NCBI GenBank assembly: GCA_031414535.1
Contig: JANNVQ010000053.1
Location: 32,001-96,000, forward strand
Length of the DNA stretch: 64,000 nucleotides
Reading direction: 5' to 3'
From: Gemmatimonas sp.
GTDB lineage: Bacteria > Gemmatimonadota > Gemmatimonadetes > Gemmatimonadales > Gemmatimonadaceae
The notes below the pieces were generated by a model. That model did not search any database. It saw nothing but the letters and a program-made list of their open reading frames with translations, and was not told the DNA's origin. Positions 9,647 through 19,069 of the stretch are shown piece after piece (the stretch's first letter is position 1; each line of letters starts with the position of its first letter). Made by a program: the position numbers and the translations under genes.

Positions 9647-10618
9647 ATGATGGCTCCGCTGACCGTCGGCGCGCTGTACGAGAGACTGAAGGACAGCCTT
9701 CAGCTTCAGCTCTTGGGCTCTGCCGACGGCCTGAAGCGCCCAGTTGAATCCGACGACGCATCGGGGCCTGGCCTCGTGCTCGCCGGGTACACGGGGCGTT
9801 TCGTGCACCAACGGCTGCAAGTGCTCGGCGAGACCGAGGTGAGCTATCTCAAGTCGCTCGGCGCAGCGGAACGCCAACGGAATCTCGAGGCCTTCTTCTC
9901 GTATCCTATTCCCTGCGTGATGGTCACCAAGGGACAGACACTCCCCGAGGGAATGGAGGAGCTCGCGAGCAAGGCCGGCATCGCCATTCTGGTGTCGCAA
10001 CTGAAGACGCAGGAGTTCTACCACCGGCTTGGGCCGTTCATTGAAGACGCCTTCGCGCCCAGCACGAACCTGCACGGTTCACTCGCGGATGTGTACGGCG
10101 TCGGCCTGCTCTTCACCGGCGCGAGCGGCATCGGCAAGTCCGAATGCGTGCTCGATCTCGTGGAGCGCGGGCATCGCCTCGTGGCGGACGATGTGGTGAT
10201 TGCCCGTCGCAAGGGTGCCGACATCGTTCTTGGCGCTGGGCATCCGTTGCAACGGCACTTCATGGAGATTCGCGGCGTCGGCCTGATTGACGTGCGCGCC
10301 ATCTTCGGCATTCGCGCCGTGCGCCAGCAGAAGCGCATCGAAGTCATCGTGAACCTCCAGCAGTGGAAGGAGGGGATGCCGGTGGAGCGCACCGGTCTCG
10401 ACACGGATATGACGAGCATCCTCGATGTCGAAATTCCGCGCGTGTCCATTGCCATGAATCCCGGCAAAAACATCACGGTAGTGGCCGAGGTCATCGCAAT
10501 GAATCATCTGCAGCGCTACAGCGGCGACGATCCGGCGCACAACTTCAACGAACGCCTGAAGGGGCACATGCGGCAGAAGGCCGATGTGCAGCGCTATCTG
10601 CTTGATGACGATGAGTGA
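9647..10618 (+). CDS. hprK: HPr(Ser) kinase/phosphorylase
   Basis: HGSLADVYGVGLL, Walker A GASGIGKSE, RGHRLVADD, MEIRGVGLIDV, PGKN. Confidence 0.96.
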   Translation: MMAPLTVGALYERLKDSLQLQLLGSADGLKRPVESDDASGPGLVLAGYTGRFVHQRLQVLGETEVSYLKSLGAAERQRNLEAFFSYPIPCVMVTKGQTLPEGMEELASKAGIAILVSQLKTQEFYHRLGPFIEDAFAPSTNLHGSLADVYGVGLLFTGASGIGKSECVLDLVERGHRLVADDVVIARRKGADIVLGAGHPLQRHFMEIRGVGLIDVRAIFGIRAVRQQKRIEVIVNLQQWKEGMPVERTGLDTDMTSILDVEIPRVSIAMNPGKNITVVAEVIAMNHLQRYSGDDPAHNFNERLKGHMRQKADVQRYLLDDDE

Positions 10619-10988
10619 GGGGCCGCGCGCCGTAGTCGCCGGACACGGCAAGTTTGCCGAAGGTATCATCTCCGCGGTGCAGCAGATCACCGGGATGGGG
10701 CATTTGCTCACGCCGGTGAGCAACACGGGGCTTACGCCTGCCGCCATAGAAACGGCGATTCGTGAGGCGATGGTCGTGGCCAATGCGCGCGTGGTGTTTA
10801 CCGACTTGCCGGCTGGCAGTTGCACGGCGATTGTGCGCCGCGTGAGCAAGTCTTCGCCGGACATTACGCTCGTGACTGGCGTGACGCTTCCCACCTTGCT
10901 CGCCTATGTCATGGGCGCGAGTATCGAGGAGTCCGTGGCGAAGGGACGTGAAGCGCTGGGTGCCGTGGAGCCCCCGCGTGGCGCTTGA
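10611..10988 (+). CDS. PTS mannose/fructose/sorbose family EIIA
   Basis: VVAGHG (phospho-His), FTDLPAGS, VTGVTLPTL; PTS cluster context. Confidence 0.85.
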   Translation: MSEGPRAVVAGHGKFAEGIISAVQQITGMGHLLTPVSNTGLTPAAIETAIREAMVVANARVVFTDLPAGSCTAIVRRVSKSSPDITLVTGVTLPTLLAYVMGASIEESVAKGREALGAVEPPRGA

Positions 10989-11469
10989 GTACTTCCGCAT
11001 TGACGACCGACTGATTCACGGTCAGGTCGTCGTCGGCTGGGGCCAGCCCTGCAATCTCGGCTTCCTGGTGCTCGTGGACGACGCCGTCGTGGATTCCGAG
11101 TGGGAGCAGGAACTGTACAAGATGGGCGCGCCGCCGGAGATGGATCTCTACTTCGATTCGATTGAGAGCGCGGCGCGACGCATCGCCGAATATCGAGCAG
11201 ACTCGCGCAACGGCTTGCTGCTCACCGGTGATGTGACCACGATGGCCGCGTTGCAGGCGCTGGTGCCGCAGGTGCAGGTCGTCACCATTGGCGGCATCCA
11301 CCATAAAGAGGGCCGCACCGCGCGCTTGCGCTATGTGTTTCTCACGCCAACCGAGGAGCAGGAACTCCGCGCGCTCGCCGCGCGTGGCGTCACCGTCGTG
11401 GCGCAGGATCTGCCCAACACACCGGCCGTGCCTCTTGAGGACGTGCTCATCGGAGACGGCACCGGATGA
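10978..11469 (+). CDS. PTS mannose/fructose/sorbose family EIIB
   Basis: RIDDRLIHGQV signature; GTG start at 10978 overlaps the end of EIIA. Confidence 0.93.
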   Translation: MALEYFRIDDRLIHGQVVVGWGQPCNLGFLVLVDDAVVDSEWEQELYKMGAPPEMDLYFDSIESAARRIAEYRADSRNGLLLTGDVTTMAALQALVPQVQVVTIGGIHHKEGRTARLRYVFLTPTEEQELRALAARGVTVVAQDLPNTPAVPLEDVLIGDGTG

Positions 11470-12170
11470 TGCCCGAGTTGGCCGTGGACCTCTTGGCATT
11501 TGTGCCGTTGGCCGTGCTCGGCGCGGTCCTCGGGCTCGATGTCGTGAGTTTTCCGCAGGCCATGATTTCGCGGCCCATCGTCGCGGCGACGCTCGCGGGC
11601 GCGATGCTCGGCCATCCGCTCCGCGGGCTCGCGATGGGCGCGGCGTTGGAATTCTTTGCCCTCGAATCCATGCCCTTCGGTGCCTCACGCTACCCCGAGT
11701 GGGGCTCGGCATCGGTGGTGGGTGGTTCGCTCTTTGCGCTGACTCCCGACGGCACGCCCGCGGCGATGGCCCTCGCCGTCCTCTCAGCGCTTGTGACGGC
11801 ACAGGTGGGTGGACTCTCGATGGTCGCCTTGCGGCGTTGGAACGCCCAATGGGCGCGGCGGCAGCAGGCGGGCATCGCGCGAGGCTCGGGCAACGCGGTG
11901 GTAGGTCTGCAACTTGCCGGCATGAGCGTCGATCTGCTGCGCGGTGGCCTGCTCACCTTCCTCGCGCTCGCGGTGTTTGAACCGCTGCGCATCGCGGTGC
12001 TCGCGACCTTTACGTTTCCCGGCACGCTCTCGCGCGCCGTCGTGGTGTCCACTGCCTCTGCCGTTGGTCTCGCAGCCATTTGGAAGGTCACGGCAAGCAC
12101 GCCCGGTGCGCGATGGTGGTTAGCCGGGGGATTGTTGCTGGGTTTTGCGCTCGCCGGAGGTCTGGGATGA
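11466..12170 (+). CDS. PTS mannose family EIIC
   Basis: Hydrophobic; QAMISRPIVA, GAALE and GASRYPE match the EIIC-Man pattern. Confidence 0.88.
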   Translation: MMPELAVDLLAFVPLAVLGAVLGLDVVSFPQAMISRPIVAATLAGAMLGHPLRGLAMGAALEFFALESMPFGASRYPEWGSASVVGGSLFALTPDGTPAAMALAVLSALVTAQVGGLSMVALRRWNAQWARRQQAGIARGSGNAVVGLQLAGMSVDLLRGGLLTFLALAVFEPLRIAVLATFTFPGTLSRAVVVSTASAVGLAAIWKVTASTPGARWWLAGGLLLGFALAGGLG

Positions 12171-12922
12171 GCACCTCGTATCTGCCCCTCACCACGCGCG
12201 CCGCGATGCTCCTGCGCATGCTCGGCATTCAAGGCGTGTGGAACTACGAGACGATGATGGGCAACGGCATCGCATTCGCGATGGAGCCGGCGCTACGCCT
12301 GCTGCCCGGTGGGCGCGGGGGCGACGCCTATCGCGCCGCCATGACGCGGCACAGCGGCTACTTTAACGCCCATCCCTATCTGGCGGCCTTGGCCGTGGGT
12401 GCGCTCTCGCGCGCCGAGTTGGATGGCGTACCGGCCGAGCAGATTGAGCGTTTTCGCGTGGCTGCTCCGGGACCGCTTGGCTCCGTGGGCGATCGACTGA
12501 TTTGGGCCGGCTGGCTGCCCTTGTGCTCGGCCCTCGCCCTGTTGGGTTATGGTCTAGGTCTGTCTCCCGCTAGCGTGGTGCTCCTGTTTCTGGTTTCGTA
12601 CAACGTAGGCCATGTAGGTCTGCGCGTCTGGGGCCTCCAGGCCGGCTGGCGTGAGGGGCTGCGGATGGCTCACGCGCTTGGGAATCCCGTACTCCGCAAC
12701 GGTCCGCCGCACCTCGCTCGGGCGACGGCCTTTGTGGCGGGAATTGCGCTACCGGTGGCCGCGCAGGCCCTCTTGGGTGAAGGGCGCGTCCTCCTGGGCG
12801 GCGTGCTTCTCGCTGTGACGGTCGGAGCCTTGCTCCTTACCCGTCTCGCTGGAAAGTTCGAGGGGTGGCGTTTGGCCATCTACGTACTGGCGGTATTCAT
12901 CCTCTACTCCGTGGTGCGCTGA
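12167..12922 (+). CDS. PTS mannose family EIID
   Basis: QGVWNYETM, RHSGYFNAHPY, GPLGSVGDRLIW. Confidence 0.92.
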   Translation: MSTSYLPLTTRAAMLLRMLGIQGVWNYETMMGNGIAFAMEPALRLLPGGRGGDAYRAAMTRHSGYFNAHPYLAALAVGALSRAELDGVPAEQIERFRVAAPGPLGSVGDRLIWAGWLPLCSALALLGYGLGLSPASVVLLFLVSYNVGHVGLRVWGLQAGWREGLRMAHALGNPVLRNGPPHLARATAFVAGIALPVAAQALLGEGRVLLGGVLLAVTVGALLLTRLAGKFEGWRLAIYVLAVFILYSVVR

Positions 12923-13188
12923 TGTTGCAACGAGACGTCGAGGTAGTGAACTCGCTCGGGATTCACGCGCGGCCGTCGTCCGAGATTGTGAAGCTCGCGG
13001 CCAAGTTCAGTTCGCACATCATGCTCGCGCGCGATGGCATGGAGGTGAATGCCAAGAGCATCATGGGCGTGATGATGCTCGCGGCCGAGTGTGGAGCCGT
13101 CGTCACGGTCACGGCGGAAGGTGCAGACGCCGAGGCCGCGCTCGATGCGCTGGCCACGCTGATTGCCTCACGCTTCGAGGAGCATTAG
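12922..13188 (+). CDS. ptsH: Phosphocarrier protein HPr
   Basis: GIHARP (His15) and NAKSIMGVMML (Ser46 region). Confidence 0.95.
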   Translation: MLQRDVEVVNSLGIHARPSSEIVKLAAKFSSHIMLARDGMEVNAKSIMGVMMLAAECGAVVTVTAEGADAEAALDALATLIASRFEEH

Positions 13189-14963
13189 TGCCAGCAGAAC
13201 TCACAGGCGTCCCGGCATCGCCCGGGATTGTCGTTGGCCCGGCGCATCTGCTGCGCTGGGAGGTCCCTGACGTACCCGCGCGCGTGTTGCGAGATGACCA
13301 GATCGAAGGCGAACTCGCCAAGTTCCGCGCCGCACTCGAGAAGGCCAAGGACCGCCTGCGTGCGGTGAAGACGCGCGCGGCCGAAAAGGCCGGGAAGGCC
13401 GAGTCGGCGATATTCGATGTGCAGATTTCCATTCTTGAAGACGCCTCGCTGCTCGATCAAGTGGAGCAGTTGGTGCGGCAGAATCTCGCACCGGAAAAGG
13501 CCTTCGACATCGTGATGCTCGATTGGCGCGATCACTTCGGGCGCAGCACGAACCCGATGATGCGCGAGCGGTCCGGTGATCTCGTGGATATCCACATCCG
13601 CATGCTCACCATCCTGCTTGGGCTACCGGATCATGATCCGGTTGACCTCGCGCCTGGTGCGAATGCGATTGTCGTGACGCACGACCTCACGCCCAGTCTC
13701 ACCATCCAGTTGGATCGCCGCGCCATCGTCGGCATCGCGACCGATGCGGGGACGCGTACCTCGCACGTGGCGATTCTCGCACGCTCGCTCGGCCTGCCCG
13801 CCGTGGTCGGTTTAATTGACGCCACCAGCCGTATCACATCTGGCGAGCGCGTCATCCTCGATGGGACCAACGGGCGGCTGGTGGTGAAGCCCACGGCGGC
13901 GGAGCTCGCGCAGTTCGCGGACCGAGCACGTCGTGAGGCCAAGGCCCAGGCGGAATTGGCGACCCTCGTCGGCGTTGAGGCGCTGACCACCGACAACGTC
14001 CACATTACGTTGCGCGCCAACGTGGACTTGCCGGACGAGGCGAGCGCCGCGGCCGCCCAGGGTGCGGAAGGTGTCGGCTTGATGCGTACCGAGTTCCTCG
14101 TGGTTGGCCGCACGGCCATGCCCTCGGAAGAGGAGCAGTACGAGGCCTACAAGAAGGTCGTCGAGACCTTTAAGGGTCACCCCGTCGTTATTCGCACCTA
14201 TGACGTGGGCGGCGACAAGCTGCCCATCGGCGGCTTTCCCCACGAGCCTAATCCCTTCTTGGGATGGCGCGCCATTCGCATGTGCCTCGACGAGCCCGAA
14301 CTCTTCAAGGTGCAGTTGAAGGCCCTGATGCGCGCGGCTGTCCACGGCGATTTGCAAGTGATGCTGCCACTGGTGGTCAGCGTCGAGGAAGTGCGTCAGA
14401 CTCGCCAGATTATGCAGGATGCCTCGGCGGAACTCACGGCCAAGGGTGTCACGCATCGTGCCGATGTGCCGCTCGGCGTGATGGTGGAGACGCCTGCGGC
14501 GGCCGTGAGCGTGGACTCCTTCGTGAAGGACGTCAGCTTCCTGAGCATTGGCACCAACGATCTGGTGCAGTACACGCTGGCGGTGGATCGAGGCAACGCC
14601 TCGTTGGTGACACGGTTCACGCCGCTACATCCGGCTGTGCTACGATTGATTTCGCGCACCGTGGAGGAAGGTCATAAGGCCGGGCTCTCGGTGAGTGTCT
14701 GCGGCGAGATGGCCTCGCAACCACTGATGGCCTACGCGCTCATCGGCCTCGGCGTGCGCCAGCTCTCGGTGGCGGCGGTTGGGCTTCCGGCGGTGAAACG
14801 CATCATCCGCGGCGTGAGCACCGCCACGGCGGCCACTGCGGCGCGGGCGGCACTCAATGCGGCCACGGCCCGGGAGTCTGGCGACATCCTCCGCGCGAGC
14901 CTCGAAAGCGAGCTTGGCGAAGAGCTGCTCGACGGCTTGCTCGGCCTCGGCCAAGGCCGTTAA
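13188..14963 (+). CDS. ptsI: PEP-protein phosphotransferase, PTS enzyme I
   Basis: [52 protein letters not shown]. Confidence 0.96.
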   Translation: MPAELTGVPASPGIVVGPAHLLRWEVPDVPARVLRDDQIEGELAKFRAALEKAKDRLRAVKTRAAEKAGKAESAIFDVQISILEDASLLDQVEQLVRQNLAPEKAFDIVMLDWRDHFGRSTNPMMRERSGDLVDIHIRMLTILLGLPDHDPVDLAPGANAIVVTHDLTPSLTIQLDRRAIVGIATDAGTRTSHVAILARSLGLPAVVGLIDATSRITSGERVILDGTNGRLVVKPTAAELAQFADRARREAKAQAELATLVGVEALTTDNVHITLRANVDLPDEASAAAAQGAEGVGLMRTEFLVVGRTAMPSEEEQYEAYKKVVETFKGHPVVIRTYDVGGDKLPIGGFPHEPNPFLGWRAIRMCLDEPELFKVQLKALMRAAVHGDLQVMLPLVVSVEEVRQTRQIMQDASAELTAKGVTHRADVPLGVMVETPAAAVSVDSFVKDVSFLSIGTNDLVQYTLAVDRGNASLVTRFTPLHPAVLRLISRTVEEGHKAGLSVSVCGEMASQPLMAYALIGLGVRQLSVAAVGLPAVKRIIRGVSTATAATAARAALNAATARESGDILRASLESELGEELLDGLLGLGQGR

Positions 14964-14995
14964 TCTTCGGTCTTCCCATTACCCAATCCCACTCG

Positions 14996-16174
14996 ATGCT
15001 GCATCGTCATCTTTTCACTTCGGAGTCGGTCTCCGAAGGACATCCGGACAAGATCGCGGACCAGATCTCCGACGCCGTGCTCGACAATCTGCTCGCCAAG
15101 GATTCACGCTCCCGCGTGGCCTGCGAAACGATGGTCACCACTGGCCTCGCGACAATCTTTGGCGAAGTGACGACCGATGCGTGGGTAGATCTGCGCGGCA
15201 TCGTGCGGCAGACCATCAAGGAGATTGGGTACACGGAGTCTGGCATTGGCTTTGACGCCGATTCCTGCGCCGTGCTTAATGCACTGGGGCAGCAGTCACG
15301 CGACATCGGGCAGGGTGTCGATACCGGTGGCGCCGGTGACCAAGGCATGATGTTTGGCTTTGCCTGCGACGAGACGCCGGAGCTGATGCCCCTGCCGATC
15401 ACGATGGCGCATAAGCTCGTGAAGCAGCTCGCCGACCGTCGCAAGGACGGCACGTTGCCGTGGCTGCGTCCGGACTCCAAGTCTCAGGTCTCGGTCGTGT
15501 ATGACAACGGCCGCCCAGTTGAAGTGGACACCGTGGTCATTTCCACGCAGCACGCGGATACGGTCAAGAACAAGACCATCCACGAGGCCGTGAAGCGCGA
15601 CATCATCAATGAGATTATCCCCCAGGAGCTGCGCTCCAAGCGGATGAAGATTCATATCAACCCCACCGGCCGTTTTGTCATCGGGGGTCCACACGGCGAC
15701 GCCGGCCTCACGGGCCGCAAGATCATCGTGGACACCTACGGCGGCATGGGCCGTCACGGCGGGGGCGCCTTCTCGGGGAAGGATCCGTCCAAGGTTGATC
15801 GCTCGGCGGCATATGCCGCGCGGTGGGTGGCCAAGAACATCGTGGCTGCTAAGCTGGCGTCGAAGTGCGAAGTGCAGGTGGCCTACGCCATTGGCGTGGC
15901 CAAGCCTGTGTCGGTGATGGTGGATACCTTCGGCACCAACACCGTGGATGAGCAGTCCATCATTCGCGCGGTGAGTGAAGTGTTCGACCTGACGCCCAAG
16001 GGCATCATTGAGGCGCTCGACCTGCGCAGGCCGATCTACGGCCCGACGGCGGCCTACGGCCACTTTGGTCGTGAGCCCGAGAAGGCCGTGCGGCTCGGAC
16101 AGAAGGTGACGCTGTTTACTTGGGAGCGCACCGACAAGGTTGCCGAGCTTAAGCGCGCGGTGCGCAAGGGCTGA
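14996..16174 (+). CDS. metK: S-adenosylmethionine synthetase
   Basis: [42 protein letters not shown]. Confidence 0.98.
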   Translation: MLHRHLFTSESVSEGHPDKIADQISDAVLDNLLAKDSRSRVACETMVTTGLATIFGEVTTDAWVDLRGIVRQTIKEIGYTESGIGFDADSCAVLNALGQQSRDIGQGVDTGGAGDQGMMFGFACDETPELMPLPITMAHKLVKQLADRRKDGTLPWLRPDSKSQVSVVYDNGRPVEVDTVVISTQHADTVKNKTIHEAVKRDIINEIIPQELRSKRMKIHINPTGRFVIGGPHGDAGLTGRKIIVDTYGGMGRHGGGAFSGKDPSKVDRSAAYAARWVAKNIVAAKLASKCEVQVAYAIGVAKPVSVMVDTFGTNTVDEQSIIRAVSEVFDLTPKGIIEALDLRRPIYGPTAAYGHFGREPEKAVRLGQKVTLFTWERTDKVAELKRAVRKG

Positions 16175-16191
16175 GGGCCCGCGCAACGGAC

Positions 16192-16689
16192 GTGATCGAA
16201 GTCATCGTCAATCGCATCGGCCTCGACGCGCAGTCGCAGGCGTATGTCGTGATCCTCGAGGAGCGCGCGGGTAACCGCGCGCTTCCTATTTGGATAGGTC
16301 GTCCCGAAGCGGAGGCCATTGCGGCGCACCTCAACGAGGTGCGTCGTGAACGCCCGATGACGCACGACCTCGCCGCTGACCTCGTGAAGGGGCTCGGTGG
16401 ATTGCTGCGGCGGGTCCAGATCACCAAGGTGGTGCAGGGCACCTTCATCGCCGAACTGCATCTGAACCGCGCAGGCAGCAACCTGCTCGTCGATGCCCGG
16501 CCTTCTGACGCCATCGCCATCGCCCTTCGCTTGGGCGCGCCCATCTTCGTGGCGGAATCCTTGCTCAATGACGACGATTCCGCGAGCGAAACCGATAGCC
16601 CCAGTGAGGGAAACCAACTTTCTGCCGAGGAACTGCAGCGGCATCTCGCCCAGCTGCGGCCCGAGGATTTCGGACGATTCGCGCCGTGA
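16192..16689 (+). CDS. Bifunctional nuclease family (DUF151) protein
   Basis: LPIWIGRPEAEAIA, RPMTHDL, DARPSDAIAIA. Confidence 0.9.
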   Translation: MIEVIVNRIGLDAQSQAYVVILEERAGNRALPIWIGRPEAEAIAAHLNEVRRERPMTHDLAADLVKGLGGLLRRVQITKVVQGTFIAELHLNRAGSNLLVDARPSDAIAIALRLGAPIFVAESLLNDDDSASETDSPSEGNQLSAEELQRHLAQLRPEDFGRFAP

Positions 16690-17843
16690 TGAGACCTTCG
16701 GTTTTGCGACTGCTGATCGCCGTCGTGCTCTGCCTGCCCCTGCTACTCGAGGCGCAGGGCGCCGAGCGTTCGCTTGCCGGTCGCATCACTCGGCCCGGGA
16801 CAGGGAACACGGTGCGCCCCGTGGCGGGTGAGTGGGTGGTGTTGCACCGCGTGGGCGTGGACAATGCCGCGCCACTCGATTCGCAGCGCACGCGGGCTGA
16901 CGGCTCTTACTCGTTTCGCTATCGCGCCACCGGCGACTCCAACGCCGTGTACTTCACGAGCACCTCGCGCGGTGGCGTGGCCTACTTCACGCCGCCCACG
17001 CGTGAGGGCCGTGTGCAAGGTGGCTTCGCCGATCTCCTCGTCTTCGATACCACATCCGCTCCCGTTCGCATCACGGTGCGCGGGCGCCATTTGATCGTCA
17101 CGGCGCCAGATAGCACCGCGCCGGTGCGAACGATTATCGAAGTCTTTGAGCTCTCCAATGACTCGACGGTGACCGCCGTTCCGGGCGCCGCGCAACGTCC
17201 GACCTTCGAGGTCGCGCTGCCGGTGGGCGTGACGCAGGTGCTCGGTGGCCAAGGCGACATCTCGCCAGAGGCCGTGCGCGCCGACGAAGGTCGCGTGCGC
17301 GTGTGGGCTCCGATCGCACCTGGACTCAAGCAGTTCTCGTTCTCCTACGATTTGCCGCTCACGCAGACTGAGCTCAGCGTCACGCTCAATGACAGCGTCC
17401 CGGTCATGGAAGTGCTCGTGGAAGACCCGCGCGGCATTGCCATTGGCGCGGGACTTACCGAAGTCGATCCCGTGCAGGTGGATGGTCGGCCATTCAAGCG
17501 CTTCCTCGCGCAGGACGTCGCGCCGCCAGCCACCATCAGTGTCTCAGCCCCGGGCCAGCTCGACGACCCTAACAACATGCGCGTCGTCCTTGTCGTGATC
17601 GCCGTAGGCGCCGCCATGTTGCTCGGGCTGGGCATGGCCTTCATGCGCAAGGGGCCGCAGGCGTTTGCAAGGCAACGCCGGGTGAATCCCGAGGCCTTGG
17701 CGCTCGAGATCGCGGCGTTCGATGCGGCGTATGAGAAGATCGAATCGCCGACGGAGCAGCAGAAGGCTGAGCACTACCTCAAGCGCGCGCACCTGAAGGG
17801 GCGTTTGAGCAACGAGCTTGCTAAGCGGGATGGACTGGCGTAG
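16686..17843 (+). CDS. Hypothetical exported protein with a C-terminal membrane anchor and small cytoplasmic helical domain
   Basis: Signal peptide; beta-sandwich-like start (DSQRTRADGSYSFR); TM segment VVLVVIAVGAAMLLGLGMAF; helical tail. Confidence 0.65.
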   Translation: MMRPSVLRLLIAVVLCLPLLLEAQGAERSLAGRITRPGTGNTVRPVAGEWVVLHRVGVDNAAPLDSQRTRADGSYSFRYRATGDSNAVYFTSTSRGGVAYFTPPTREGRVQGGFADLLVFDTTSAPVRITVRGRHLIVTAPDSTAPVRTIIEVFELSNDSTVTAVPGAAQRPTFEVALPVGVTQVLGGQGDISPEAVRADEGRVRVWAPIAPGLKQFSFSYDLPLTQTELSVTLNDSVPVMEVLVEDPRGIAIGAGLTEVDPVQVDGRPFKRFLAQDVAPPATISVSAPGQLDDPNNMRVVLVVIAVGAAMLLGLGMAFMRKGPQAFARQRRVNPEALALEIAAFDAAYEKIESPTEQQKAEHYLKRAHLKGRLSNELAKRDGLA

Positions 17844-17846
17844 GAT
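17818..17846 (+). promoter_or_regulatory. Putative sigma70 promoter for the riboswitch-btu transcript
   Basis: TTGCTA-N17-TAGGAT, about 20 nt upstream of the aptamer; the -10 box overlaps the upstream stop codon. Confidence 0.5.
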
Positions 17847-17865
17847 TCTGTTCAACAACTGAAGA

Positions 17866-18055
17866 GCGAACGCGGGAAACGGAAGTCGGTTTGATGCCGA
17901 CGCGGCCCCGCCACTGTATCGGGCAGTACCACACGTCCACTCGAGCACAGCCACTGCGACTTGCGAGTCGCGGGAAGGTGAGTGAGACGGCCCGGAGCCA
18001 GGAGACGACCCACGTTCGCGCCACATTGTCACCCTCGGGGGAGGGTCCGTGGCGT
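17866..18055 (+). ncRNA. Cobalamin (B12) riboswitch
   Basis: P1 GCGAACGCGGG/CCCACGTTCGC; GGAA; GTCGG/CCGAC stem; GCCCCGCCACTGT; GCCACTG...GGGAAGG; B12-box-like GAGCCAGGAGAC; downstream ACCCT-CGGGGG-AGGGT hairpin complementary to the CCCCG loop (kissing loop); precedes B12-type transport genes. Confidence 0.93.
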
Positions 18056-18101
18056 TTGCGTGGGTCCGCTGATGGTCGACGGACGCGCTGACGTGCATCT
18101 G

Positions 18102-18135
18102 GGCTTCTTCCTCAATCAGGAAGGAGCCTTTTTTT
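18102..18135 (+). terminator. Intrinsic terminator/attenuator of the riboswitch leader
   Basis: GGCTTCTTCCT-CAATC-AGGAAGGAGCC followed by T7. Confidence 0.85.
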
Positions 18136-19069
18136 GTCGGAATTTGTCCGTCGTTTCGCCAATCGCCGATGGACCCTGTTCGCACTTCTGCTCGGCCTAG
18201 CGGCATGCGCAGCTGGTGAGCGCGCGGCCTCAGCAGGCGGCCCTGGCGCCGGCGTCGCGGATGACTTCGGCGACACGCTACGGCTCGCGGTGCCTGCAGT
18301 ACGCATTGTTTCGCTCAATCCGGTGACCACCGAGCTCGTCTTCGCACTCGGTGTCGGTGACAGGCTGGTGGGCCGCACGAGCTGGGATCTTTTTCCCGAA
18401 GCCGCCAAGGCCGTGCCCGACTTAGGCGCTGGCATGGGCCCGAACGTGGAAGCCATCATTGGCCAGCGGCCGGATCTTGTGCTCCTGTACGCCAGTGACA
18501 TGAACCGCACGGCCGTGCAGCAGTTGCGCGCCGCCGGCATCGCGACGCTCACGCATCGCACGGACAAGGTGGCGGACTTGCAGCGTGTAATTCCCATCAT
18601 CGCCGCGGCGCTTGGACGTGACTCGATTGGCCGAATCGTCGCCGACTCAGTACGCCTAAGCCTCGATCAGGTCGCGGCACTGCGGCGTCCCAGCGAGCCC
18701 CTGCGCGCGTTCTGGCACATTTGGGACGCACCGTTGATGACGATCGGGGGCGGCAGCTATCTCAGCGAGTTGCTGACCATCGCCGGTGCAATCAATGTGT
18801 TTGACGACATCGCGATGCCCGCGCCGCAGGTCTCGCTCGAGGAAGTCGCACGCCGCAATCCCGACGTGATTCTCGCGGGGCCCAACACAGCGCAAAAGAT
18901 TCTCGCGAATCCGCGGTGGCAGTCGGTGCCCGCGGTGCGCGCGGGCCGCGTGATTGTGATTGATACCACCATCGTCGGCCGCCCCGGAGTCAGAATGGGC
19001 GAGGCAGCGCGTTTCCTACGCCGTGTGCTCGTGGATTCGCTTGCCAACGCTGGCGCCGGCGTTCCGTGA
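18134..19069 (+). CDS. btuF: Cobalamin ABC transporter substrate-binding lipoprotein (BtuF-like)
   Basis: Lipobox LAAC; RIVSLNPVTTELVFALG, PNVEAI, VSLEEV..RNPDVI; downstream of the B12 riboswitch; TTG start 7 nt after AGGAAGGAG. Confidence 0.82.
   Translation: MSEFVRRFANRRWTLFALLLGLAACAAGERAASAGGPGAGVADDFGDTLRLAVPAVRIVSLNPVTTELVFALGVGDRLVGRTSWDLFPEAAKAVPDLGAGMGPNVEAIIGQRPDLVLLYASDMNRTAVQQLRAAGIATLTHRTDKVADLQRVIPIIAAALGRDSIGRIVADSVRLSLDQVAALRRPSEPLRAFWHIWDAPLMTIGGGSYLSELLTIAGAINVFDDIAMPAPQVSLEEVARRNPDVILAGPNTAQKILANPRWQSVPAVRAGRVIVIDTTIVGRPGVRMGEAARFLRRVLVDSLANAGAGVP

Noticed and set aside
14964..14995. SAM riboswitch ahead of metK
   Set aside because: The 32-nt pyrimidine-rich gap has no SAM-riboswitch features that I can recognise.
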